Shown: one piece after another, positions 25,088 to 25,189 of the stretch | Layout: each line of letters begins with the position of its first letter | How positions within the stretch are numbered: position 1 is the stretch's first letter | Origin: a virus | Taxonomy: Duplodnaviria; Caudoviricetes | Strand: one strand, 5' to 3' | DNA length: 25,189 nucleotides | IMG/VR virus record: IMGVR_UViG_3300015370_000252 | Span: 1 to 25,189 of that record | Notes under the pieces: model-generated | Databases searched by the model: none | What the model was told of the DNA's origin: nothing | The model's input: the letters and a program-made list of their open reading frames with translations, nothing else | Program-made: the position numbers and the translations under genes

Positions 25088-25189
25088 TTTGCTCCTTAGT
25101 GGGGGTGGATAGGGATTTAGTTAAAAACTTTCTTTGGTCTTTTTTATCAATCCATTTTTCTAAACACTCGTCTACGGTTTGGTCAACAA
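25080..25189 (-). CDS. 3' end of a hypothetical gene entering the window
   Basis: Open frame ...VDQTVDECLEKWIDKKDQRKFLTKSLSTPTKEQNV* overlapping the next start. Confidence 0.5.
   Translation of the reverse strand, partial: VDQTVDECLEKWIDKKDQRKFLTKSLSTPTKEQNV

Noticed and set aside
1-25189. Alternative genetic code, CRISPR array, integrase, host assignment
   Set aside because: Long genes are intact in code 11 and all three stops are used; no repeat-spacer array or recombinase seen; host cannot be determined from sequence alone

Overview
AT-rich fragment of a tailed dsDNA phage (or prophage) genome. The left 18.2 kb is one minus-strand late/morphogenesis operon: small terminase, large terminase, portal, two large probable internal-virion proteins, scaffold, N4-gp56-type major capsid protein and a small capsid-linked protein. 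It continues into a six-gene cassette (GT4, Zn-ribbon protein, RmlD-like reductase, DegT-type aminotransferase, a second GT-B glycosyltransferase, GT2+GT4 fusion) and then further structural genes, suggesting a phage-encoded virion glycosylation system. An HNH endonuclease sits antisense at the front of the cassette. The cassette carries candidate recoding signals: a 7-nt interruption between matched Tyr codons in the first GT, and an A_AAA_AAG heptamer plus internal SD in the last GT. A ~500-bp divergent control region (promoters, dif-like 28-mer) is followed by plus-strand early-type genes (RlpA-like protein, small hypotheticals, long hairpin plus boxA, terminators) and a converging minus-strand run of small coupled hypothetical genes. 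No integrase, tRNA, rRNA or CRISPR was recognised. All product calls are from motif recognition only; no database search was run.
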